Origin: Nitrososphaeria archaeon
GTDB lineage: Archaea; Thermoproteota; Nitrososphaeria; Geothermarchaeales; JDFR-13
Direction: 5' to 3'
DNA length: 64,000 bases
Assembly (NCBI GenBank): GCA_027078545.1
Contig: JALWXN010000004.1
Span: 960,001-1,024,000 of the forward strand
The first letter of the stretch is position 1; every line of letters starts with the position of its first letter. Below are positions 38,974-46,954 of the stretch, in pieces. The notes beneath the pieces are model-generated. The model was not told the DNA's origin and did not search any database. It saw only the letters and a program-made list of their open reading frames with translations. Position numbers and translations under genes: made by a program.

Positions 38974-38993
38974 CCTCTCCCCCACCCTATTCC

Positions 38994-39006
38994 ATAACCC
39001 TGTTAT
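38994..39006. promoter_or_regulatory. Palindrome ATAAC-CCT-GTTAT at the DUF59 promoter
   Basis: Immediately downstream of minus-strand TTTATA (39016-39011); same core as at sufC. Confidence 0.5.
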
Positions 39007-39057
39007 ATCATATAAACCGGGCAAGCTATTTTTGACAGGTAATATAATATATGTACT

Positions 39058-40203
39058 ATGCCTGGGGATGAGGAGATCCTACCCATCAAGGGGGACGAGA
39101 AGCTGCTAACCGACCCAGTCCTCATACACAACGGGAGGATATACAAGAGGGTCGACTTCGGCTGGGAGAAGGATATATCCGCGTATCTCCAGAGGAATAA
39201 GAAGATCCTCAGCAGGATCTTCGGCGAGGGGAGCATATTCATACCGACGGAGAGGATCATAGGGAAGAGTAGCAAGATAATGACTGATGCCCTCCTCCTA
39301 AAGACTGGTAGGAACAGGATGGAGATATGGGTGGTAGAGGTAGACATGCTGAGGCACGGCGTGAATAGCCACATCAAGGACCAGGTATTGAAGATGAACG
39401 AGGCACTGAAGCAGGTCGACCCGGCATCACTAGCCTTCAAGATCTACGAGGAGCTTAGACGTAACAGATACATGTTCCAGAAGATCAGGGAGGAGGTCCT
39501 GGGCCAGAGGAGGGATAAGGAGGATCTACTCCCCAAGATCAAGGAGGCGGTGGAGAAGATGTCCCAGAACATTATACTGATCATCGACAAGGTCAACACC
39601 GACCTCCTAAGGGCTGTAGAGGAGATTAGGAAGAGTAGGAGGAACGTCGAGCTGATCATTATACAGCGCTTCGTCGACATAGACAAGGTGGATGGAGACG
39701 GGTCAGAAATATTCCTAATCACCCCACTGAGGGGGAGTGAGGCGGAGAAGACCAGGATAGATACTAAGAGCCTAGTTAAGAGGAGGATGGATAAGTATTG
39801 GAACACGACCCTCAAGGAGGTCCGTAGACTAGGCTGCGAAACCAAGAGGAAGGAGGTGAAGAAGACCAGGTACTACATAGCAGTTGTAGAGGATAGGCCA
39901 ATACTCGTGATGAGGAAGATGAGGAAGAAGGGTGGAGTGGAGGTATGGATAGACACCGAGCTCGTCGACGACGAGACTATTAGGGAGCTCTCAATACCCA
40001 GGAGGATAGTCAAGACCGGTAGGAGCAAGCTATTCAAGAAGCTCCTCGAGGACAAGACGTGGAGGGAGGCCTACAACTTCACCAGTAAGGAGGTACCCAT
40101 ACCCCGCATGCTAGAGCTGCTCAAGAGGGCTATAGAGAGGGTTAGGAAGACTGGAGACGCCGAAGCTCCTCAAGAACCTCATCAACATGTCCAGCAACCC
40201 TGA
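39058..40203 (+). CDS. Hypothetical protein with a PD-(D/E)xK-like nuclease N-terminal domain
   Basis: WEKDI..IFG..TDALLL..WVVEVDMLRH..HIKDQV pattern. Confidence 0.5.
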   Translation: MPGDEEILPIKGDEKLLTDPVLIHNGRIYKRVDFGWEKDISAYLQRNKKILSRIFGEGSIFIPTERIIGKSSKIMTDALLLKTGRNRMEIWVVEVDMLRHGVNSHIKDQVLKMNEALKQVDPASLAFKIYEELRRNRYMFQKIREEVLGQRRDKEDLLPKIKEAVEKMSQNIILIIDKVNTDLLRAVEEIRKSRRNVELIIIQRFVDIDKVDGDGSEIFLITPLRGSEAEKTRIDTKSLVKRRMDKYWNTTLKEVRRLGCETKRKEVKKTRYYIAVVEDRPILVMRKMRKKGGVEVWIDTELVDDETIRELSIPRRIVKTGRSKLFKKLLEDKTWREAYNFTSKEVPIPRMLELLKRAIERVRKTGDAEAPQEPHQHVQQP

Positions 40204-40618
40204 CGTTCCTCCATATCCTCCTGATCCTACCCTCAGGGTCTATCAGGAAGGTCGACCTTATCACGCCCAGATACTCCCTACCAAACCTCTTCTTGATCCC
40301 CAGGACGCCATACATCTCCAGGACCCTCCTCTCCACATCGCTGAGCAGTACGACCTTCAACCCATGCTTCTCCCTAAACCTCCTATGACTCTCGACAGGG
40401 TCTGGACTCACACCTATCACCACGGCACCGAGGCTGAGGAAGTCGTTTAGCCTACTGGTGAAGTCCACAGCCTCACGGGTACAGCCAGAGGTATTGTCCT
40501 TGGGGTAGAAGTATAGGACTACCCACCTACCCCTGAAGTCTCTTAGACAGACCTCCCTACCCTCATCCGATGGTAGGCAGAAGTCTGGGGCCTCCATACC
40601 CTCAACGACAGTCGCCAC
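40142..40618 (-). CDS. bcp: Peroxiredoxin, Bcp/PrxQ type
   Basis: APDF, VVLYFYPKDNTSGCTREA, GVSPD, RSTFLIDPEG. Confidence 0.93.
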   Translation of the reverse strand: MATVVEGMEAPDFCLPSDEGREVCLRDFRGRWVVLYFYPKDNTSGCTREAVDFTSRLNDFLSLGAVVIGVSPDPVESHRRFREKHGLKVVLLSDVERRVLEMYGVLGIKKRFGREYLGVIRSTFLIDPEGRIRRIWRNVRVAGHVDEVLEELRRLQSS

Positions 40619-40667
40619 TATACCCACCACATAGCTATATGGATGGGGCTGGATAGAAAAATCGGGG

Positions 40668-41951
40668 CTATCCATAGACGGTTATAGTCTCAACCATCTC
40701 CACACCCTTCATCTCCCTCCCCAGGAAGACGCCTAGGACGCCTAGGAGGTGGACCAGGGCGAAGAGTGTGAAGACGACGTACCAGTCCATACCTAGGAAC
40801 GGGACCACCGTAGCGCCTAGTATACCACCGATCCTACCGAAGAACCCAGCCCAGCTGGAGCCCAGGCCCCTTATATGGGTTGGGTACTGCTCAGGGGTAT
40901 AGGTGTATAGGGCTGCCCATGCACCCAGGTCGAAGAAGCTCAGTATTATCCCATATAGGTAAAGCTCGAATACGGTCCTGCTCGAGGCGAAGAGGAATGA
41001 GGAAAGGGCAGTCGCGGCTAGGTATATGCCTAGTACACGCCTCCTACCCACCCTGTCCACCAGGAGTACGGCGCTGAAGTAGCCGGGCAGCTGGGCAAGT
41101 GTGATGACCAGTAGGTAGGTGAACCTATTACCAGCTATATACTCCCCTATCTCGGGGGATATACTGCCCAGCATCGAGGGGAGCCATATGAAGATTCCGT
41201 AGTAGCCCATCGTTATGGAGAACCACGTTATCCATAGGCCTATCGACTCCCTTCGATACCTGGATAGGAGGAGCCTCACAGACTCGAGCCAGGAGAGCCT
41301 CCTCTCCTCAACCTCGGGGAGGGGCACCCCGTATAGGCTGGCCAGCCTAGAGGCCTCCTCCCTACGGCCAAGCATCTTTAGGAAGCGGAGTGACTCGGGG
41401 AGCCTGGCTATCGAGCCTAGGAATACGAGTAGTGAGAGGCCACCAGCTAGGAACATGTAGGGCCTCCACTCACCACTGGCGAAGACTGTGAAGTATGAGA
41501 GTATCAGGGCGGATAGCCAGCCCACCGCCCAGAAGCTCTCGACCAGGCTTATGTTACGCCCCCTATGCTCCGGGCTACTATACTCGGCCACGAGTGATGC
41601 TATTATGGGGAGCGCCCCACCAACACCGAAGCCTGTGGCCACCCTGAAGAGTATCAAGCTCTCCGCATTGGGTGCTAGGCCGGCTAGGAGGGTAGCTAGG
41701 GAGTGTATAGCCGCGTATATCCCTATGATCCTACGCCTCCCAACCCTGTCCGCTAGGAAGCCCGAGGTGAAGGCTCCTATAAGCATCCCTATGTTTGCAC
41801 CGCCACCTATGAGGCTCTTAATCAGTGGATCCTCGATGGATAGGCTGGTGATTATTGGGCGGAGGCTGAAGCTTATCACACCGACGTTCTGGGACGATAT
41901 GAGCCATAGCAGCCCCGCCAAGAATACTATCCTAAGCTCCCCCCTCATCAC
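40668..41951 (-). CDS. MFS transporter (YceI/NiaP-like)
   Basis: GFLADRVGRR, AEYSSPEHRG, DRVGRR, YTYTPEQYPTHIRG. Confidence 0.88.
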   Translation of the reverse strand: MMRGELRIVFLAGLLWLISSQNVGVISFSLRPIITSLSIEDPLIKSLIGGGANIGMLIGAFTSGFLADRVGRRRIIGIYAAIHSLATLLAGLAPNAESLILFRVATGFGVGGALPIIASLVAEYSSPEHRGRNISLVESFWAVGWLSALILSYFTVFASGEWRPYMFLAGGLSLLVFLGSIARLPESLRFLKMLGRREEASRLASLYGVPLPEVEERRLSWLESVRLLLSRYRRESIGLWITWFSITMGYYGIFIWLPSMLGSISPEIGEYIAGNRFTYLLVITLAQLPGYFSAVLLVDRVGRRRVLGIYLAATALSSFLFASSRTVFELYLYGIILSFFDLGAWAALYTYTPEQYPTHIRGLGSSWAGFFGRIGGILGATVVPFLGMDWYVVFTLFALVHLLGVLGVFLGREMKGVEMVETITVYG

Positions 41952-42033
41952 CAGGTGAGCAATATACTATTCATAGCCTTAAAACCAAGGCTACACATAA
42001 ACACTACTCCAAACCCAGTATCACAGATGAGGG

Positions 42034-44187
42034 TCAGAGCCTCCGCATAGAGTTGATGAGAAGGCTCGTCACGCTGAGAACCATGAATATCATCGCCCAG
42101 TAGGGCTGTATAAGGCCTAGAGCAGCTAGGGGGATCCCAAGCCCATTATACATGAAGGCGACGAACAGGTTGGTCCTAGTCCTGCCATACATCCTCCTCG
42201 AGAGCCGGAAGAGCTCGACAAGCCTATCAAACCGGTCGCTGACTATCAATACATCACTATTCACAGCGGTTATGTCAGACCCTACACCGAACGCCACACC
42301 CACATCAGCCAGGGTCACCGACGGCGCATCGTTAAACCCATCACCCACCATGACCACCCTATACCCCCGTGCCTGTAGACCCCTGACTACCTCTGCCTTC
42401 TCACCAGGCCTTAGCCCTGCCATATACCAGTCCAGGTCAAGCCCACCAACCATCCTACGGGTATTCTCCTCAGAGTCCCCAGTTATGAGAGCTACTCCAG
42501 ACACGTATCCCCTCAGCTCGGCAATGGCTCTGGCAACATCATCCCTTAGGACGTCTGATAGGTGGATATAGCCGGCGAGGGAGCCATCGACGGCGGCATA
42601 AACCGTCCTAAAACCCTCCTCAGGAGGGTGGTCCACATCGATACCCATAGCCATCATCAACTCCCTACTCCCCACAGCTATGCGATGGCCATCCACCACC
42701 CCAGCAATACCCATCCCCGGTATGACCTCCACGTCACTTACCTCTCCACACTCTATCTCGCCCAGCCTGTCCAGGGCATAGCCGTAGATAGCCTCGGCAA
42801 CAGGGTGTCGGGAATAGCTCTCTAGACAGCCCACCAGCCTAAGCAGCTCCTCCTCATCAAAACCGTTGAGGGCCCCAAGCCCCGCCACCATCGGCCTACC
42901 AAGCGTCATTGTACCCGTCTTATCCAGGAGTAGGTATGGCCTCCCACTGAGGATCTCTATGGAGTCGCCATTCCTAATAAGGATCCCCCTCTCAGCAGCT
43001 ACTCCGGAGCCCCTAATGATAGCGAGGGGTATAGCCATGCCCAATGCACAGGGATAACCCATGACTAGGACCGTCATAAAGACGTATAGGGGCCTAACCC
43101 AGTCCAATCCCCGGCCCAGGATCAATGGAGCGATATCCCAGAGGACCAGCCCGGCCACCGCTGTGAAGAGGACGAAGGATATATACCTCTTCAATACACG
43201 GTCTAGGAGGCTCAGGATAGGTGGCTTAAGAGCCCTCGCCTCCCTGATATGCATGACTAGACGGTGGAGGAAGGAGTCTCTATACCTCCTCGACACCCTT
43301 ATCTCCACGGGGTCAGAGAGGTTGATGGAGCCCGAGACCACCTCATCCCCCCTATACTTATCCACAGGAAGCGGCTCACCAGTAACTATGCTCTCATCGA
43401 CCGATGCATAGCTACTTAGCAGTATCCCATCAAGGGGTATAGACTCACCCCTATCCACTATAACCACTTCACCCGGCTCCACATCCTCAACATCGACATA
43501 TCTTACTGCTCCACCCCTCCTGACCCTAACTACTCGGGGACGATACCTCAGAAGCCTCCCAACAGCCTCTTCAGACTTCTTCCTAACATATGATGCCGAG
43601 TATCCACCCAGCAAGTGATAAGTAGTCACGAATGAAGCGACACCGAAGAAGTCTCCCGGTGGGTAGAGGCCAGTCAATAGACCAATAACACCACCTAGGA
43701 GCCCAGACAAACCTGTTAGAAACATGAGTACATGCTGATTAAGGATTCCCCTGCGTAGTGAGTTGATGGATATAGCTATATACTCCCTACCCAGGAATAG
43801 GAAGTTAGCCCCTGCTATCAGGCCCATAGCCAATGCTGCCTCTCTACCCAGTGTGCCGAGCCACATACCCAGCATAAACAGTCCTGCGACTAGTGAGAGC
43901 ATAGTTGATAGGAGTAGACGTCTCCTAAGAATCCTGTATACCTTCTCATAATCAGGGGATTCATCAACATCTCTAAGCCTATATCCCAGGCCCTCTAGCA
44001 AAGCCTCTATCTCGGATTCATCTACCCTATCAGGGTCATACCTAATGTAGATCTCCTCATGGGCGATACTGACATTATACTCCCACACACCCTCTATACG
44101 GGAGAGGGCATCCTCAATATTCGAGACGCAGAAGGAGCAGTGCAGCCCCTCGATCCTCCTGTGTAGAACCCTCTCCCTACTATTCAC
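42034..44187 (-). CDS. copA: P1B heavy-metal (Cu+-type) ATPase
   Basis: N-terminal HMA GLHCSFC, TGEPLPV, GYPCALG, DKTGT, HP, GDGFNDAP, YN motif. Confidence 0.92.
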   Translation of the reverse strand: MNSRERVLHRRIEGLHCSFCVSNIEDALSRIEGVWEYNVSIAHEEIYIRYDPDRVDESEIEALLEGLGYRLRDVDESPDYEKVYRILRRRLLLSTMLSLVAGLFMLGMWLGTLGREAALAMGLIAGANFLFLGREYIAISINSLRRGILNQHVLMFLTGLSGLLGGVIGLLTGLYPPGDFFGVASFVTTYHLLGGYSASYVRKKSEEAVGRLLRYRPRVVRVRRGGAVRYVDVEDVEPGEVVIVDRGESIPLDGILLSSYASVDESIVTGEPLPVDKYRGDEVVSGSINLSDPVEIRVSRRYRDSFLHRLVMHIREARALKPPILSLLDRVLKRYISFVLFTAVAGLVLWDIAPLILGRGLDWVRPLYVFMTVLVMGYPCALGMAIPLAIIRGSGVAAERGILIRNGDSIEILSGRPYLLLDKTGTMTLGRPMVAGLGALNGFDEEELLRLVGCLESYSRHPVAEAIYGYALDRLGEIECGEVSDVEVIPGMGIAGVVDGHRIAVGSRELMMAMGIDVDHPPEEGFRTVYAAVDGSLAGYIHLSDVLRDDVARAIAELRGYVSGVALITGDSEENTRRMVGGLDLDWYMAGLRPGEKAEVVRGLQARGYRVVMVGDGFNDAPSVTLADVGVAFGVGSDITAVNSDVLIVSDRFDRLVELFRLSRRMYGRTRTNLFVAFMYNGLGIPLAALGLIQPYWAMIFMVLSVTSLLINSMRRL

Positions 44188-44211
44188 AAGTTATAATTCA
44201 TGGAGGACCAC

Positions 44212-44227
44212 TACAAATATATTTGTA
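44212..44227. promoter_or_regulatory. Perfect 16-bp palindrome between copZ and copA
   Basis: TACAAATATATTTGTA. Confidence 0.4.
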
Positions 44228-44437
44228 TCAGTCCTCCGGACTAAAGCCGAGATCCCTGATAGCCCTTATCAGATCCTCCCTCGATACCTTATCAGGATCG
44301 TATCTAACGACTACGCGTTTATCATTAATAAGGACACGTATATCCAAGACCCCATCTAAACTCGATAGTGAGCTCTCTATACTCGCTGCACAGGCCTCAC
44401 AATGTATATCCCCGACCCTTATTGAGACCAGCCTCAA
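44228..44437 (-). CDS. copZ: Copper chaperone (HMA domain)
   Basis: 69 aa, DIHCEAC, VRYDP..IRDLGF; directly upstream of copA. Confidence 0.9.
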   Translation of the reverse strand: MRLVSIRVGDIHCEACAASIESSLSSLDGVLDIRVLINDKRVVVRYDPDKVSREDLIRAIRDLGFSPED

Positions 44438-44567
44438 TGCGGATCCCCATACCCCCGATAATATGGATGCTGACGGCCATCAAGGTATATAGACATTTAT
44501 ATTAGACCCATGATGAGTGTCCTAGTATATACCGTGTATCGCCCGTAGAGGCTGGAGGTGTGCCGAG

Positions 44568-45953
44568 ATAGTCTATGACATACCCGGGCCCAAGTCTAGA
44601 GAGTATCAGGAGAGGCTTAAGAAGGTCGCCCCAGGAGGACTGAACCCCAAGTACCTAGAGCTCCTAGAGGCCATGGCCTCCTTCATAACAGGAGGGGCAG
44701 ACCTATTCCACGTATATGACGTCGATGGGAACAAATACGTAGACTTTACCAGTGGATGGGCATCCAACAATGTCGGGAACATCCATCCAGAGGTGCTGGA
44801 CGCTGTCATAGCCGCTCTTAAAAAGTATGGCTTTATATATTATCACCCCTTAGCGATTGAGTTGGCAGAGAAGCTTGTCGAGATAACCCCACCCAACCTT
44901 ACTAGAGTCTCCATGGAGGTATCAGGTACAGAGGCTGCTGAGGCAGCTGTCTCATATATAATAACAGCATCGAAAAGACCCCACATCATCAGCTTCTTAG
45001 GTTCATACCACGGCGACAGTATAGGTGCCAGGATGATAGGAGCGCATGATGCGGCTAGGAAGAAGTATTTCGAGGGTATGGATGGCGGTGGAGTCATATT
45101 CATACCCTACCCCAGGAATTATAAGCTACCCCCTGGGATGAGCCAGGACGATTTCGCCAGGCTCATACTATGGTACCTAGACGAGTTCATCCTGGAGCAT
45201 ATAGCTGAGCCGGACAGGATAGCCGGGATACTCTATGAGCCCATGATGGCCGAGGGTGGAAACTTCATCCCACCCAAGTTCTTCGCCAAGAAGCTTATGG
45301 AGATGGCTAGGAAGTATAACTGGTTCGTAATAGCGGACGAGGTCTTGACGGGCTTCGGGAGGACGGGTAAGTTCTGGGCCTTCGAACACTACGATATAGA
45401 GCCAGACGTCGTGGTTACAGCTAAGGGCCTGACAGGCGGGTTGATACCTATCGGGGCAGTTGTCCTAAGCGATGAGGTAGCAGGTAGCGAGAGGGCATAC
45501 TCCGGAAGCACCTTCGCGGGGAGCCCAGCGGGATGCGCCGCTGCCCTCAAGACGATAGAAATCATCTACAGGGACAATCTCCTGGAGAAGGTTACAAAGT
45601 ATGGGGAGGAGGCCCTTAAATACATGAGTGAGTGGCCCGAGAAGTATGAGATAATCGTGGATAGCAGGGGCATAGGCTACTTCCTAGCCACGTCGATCGA
45701 GACCGGTAGGGGTGATGAGGCCGATATCGAGCTGGCCAAGAGGATATTCATAGAGGCTAAACGCTTCGGGGTATGGACGATATGGGATGATGAGCCCCAT
45801 ATAAGGATCTACCCACCCCTCAACATGGAGCTAGACCTACTCCTAGACGGGCTGGAGAAGCTTGAGAAGGCCATCGCGAAGGTCGAGAAGGATCTCAAGG
45901 AGGGCTTGATAACCCTGCCCGAGAAGAGGCAGACCATAGAGTTCTTCGAGTAG
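44568..45953 (+). CDS. Class III PLP aminotransferase (start uncertain: ATA at 44568 or ATG at 44673)
   Basis: DVDGNKYVDF, SGTEA, GSYHG, DEVLTGFGRTG, AKGLTGG, STFAGSP; in-frame upstream IPGPKS typical of family N-termini. Confidence 0.88.
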   Translation: MVYDIPGPKSREYQERLKKVAPGGLNPKYLELLEAMASFITGGADLFHVYDVDGNKYVDFTSGWASNNVGNIHPEVLDAVIAALKKYGFIYYHPLAIELAEKLVEITPPNLTRVSMEVSGTEAAEAAVSYIITASKRPHIISFLGSYHGDSIGARMIGAHDAARKKYFEGMDGGGVIFIPYPRNYKLPPGMSQDDFARLILWYLDEFILEHIAEPDRIAGILYEPMMAEGGNFIPPKFFAKKLMEMARKYNWFVIADEVLTGFGRTGKFWAFEHYDIEPDVVVTAKGLTGGLIPIGAVVLSDEVAGSERAYSGSTFAGSPAGCAAALKTIEIIYRDNLLEKVTKYGEEALKYMSEWPEKYEIIVDSRGIGYFLATSIETGRGDEADIELAKRIFIEAKRFGVWTIWDDEPHIRIYPPLNMELDLLLDGLEKLEKAIAKVEKDLKEGLITLPEKRQTIEFFE

Positions 45954-45962
45954 ACCCCCTTT

Positions 45963-46916
45963 TTATCTACCCCTCTCAACAACCAGCCTCCTCACATACT
46001 CAATCCTTCTACAGGCTGAGCAGACCTCCCCAGAGGATGGGCCGCCACAGACCCTACAAACCCTATACTCAACCGGCTCACCCACCTCCTCAACCCTATC
46101 CAGGAGTGGGATAAGCTTCTTCATGAAGCTCCCGAAGAGCTGGAACTTTATCATCGGCTCCCTCTCCTCCCAGAGTCTAAGTATCTCCTTCCTCCTGAGG
46201 CTACGGGCGTCGTCGGCGAAGGGGCAGTCGATCCTCTTGACGGGTAGGCCGTTGAACATAACGTAGAGAAGCACCTCATACTCAGGGGTATCGATGAGGG
46301 GCTTGACCTTCCAATAATTGTTTGGAGGGGATGGGGGGAGCACAGGCCTAAGCCTCTTTATAGACTCGTAGTCCCCAGCTATGAACGCGTTCAGCATGAC
46401 CTCAAGGGTATCGTCAAGGTTATGGCCAGTGGCAAGAATATCTACACCGAGCTCCCTAGCAGCCTTTGATAATGCCCACCTCCTAATAGTGCCACAGGTC
46501 GCACATATCTTCCTACCATACTTGGTCTTCTTAACATCAGGTATCGTTATCCCGATCTCCTCGCTATACCTAAATACGTGGAGCTCCACATCGAGGGACT
46601 CGGCCAGCTCCCTAGCCGCCCGGAGGCTATCCTCGCTATAGTCGTAGATACCGTGGTGCAGATGGATAGCTATATACCTCTTATCCGGGAAGTGCTTCTT
46701 CAGGACGGTTAGGAGGGCCGTGCTATCCTTACCCCCTGAGAGGCCTATACCTACATAGTCTCCACGGCTAAGCATCCTATACTTCTCCACAGTCTTGACT
46801 ATCCGGTTCTCGAAGAACTTGTTGAAACAGTCTAGGCATAGATACTGCCTCATGTAGCGGATATATATCTCCGCATCCCTAACCCTACACCTACTACACT
46901 TGACAGGCATCTCCAT
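45963..46916 (-). CDS. ttuA: tRNA 2-thiolation protein TtuA/Ncs6 (TIGR00269-like)
   Basis: N- and C-terminal Zn fingers, SGGKDS PP-loop, CATCG, ATGHNLDD, CP. Confidence 0.88.
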   Translation of the reverse strand: MEMPVKCSRCRVRDAEIYIRYMRQYLCLDCFNKFFENRIVKTVEKYRMLSRGDYVGIGLSGGKDSTALLTVLKKHFPDKRYIAIHLHHGIYDYSEDSLRAARELAESLDVELHVFRYSEEIGITIPDVKKTKYGRKICATCGTIRRWALSKAARELGVDILATGHNLDDTLEVMLNAFIAGDYESIKRLRPVLPPSPPNNYWKVKPLIDTPEYEVLLYVMFNGLPVKRIDCPFADDARSLRRKEILRLWEEREPMIKFQLFGSFMKKLIPLLDRVEEVGEPVEYRVCRVCGGPSSGEVCSACRRIEYVRRLVVERGR

Positions 46917-46954
46917 AAATCTTAAGAGGTGGGGAGATATAAGGTGAGGACACT

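Noticed and set aside
44510-44566. Perfect C box ATGATGA with CCGA ~50 nt later
   Set aside because: No terminal stem and no convincing D'/C' boxes; overlaps the aminotransferase promoter and SD
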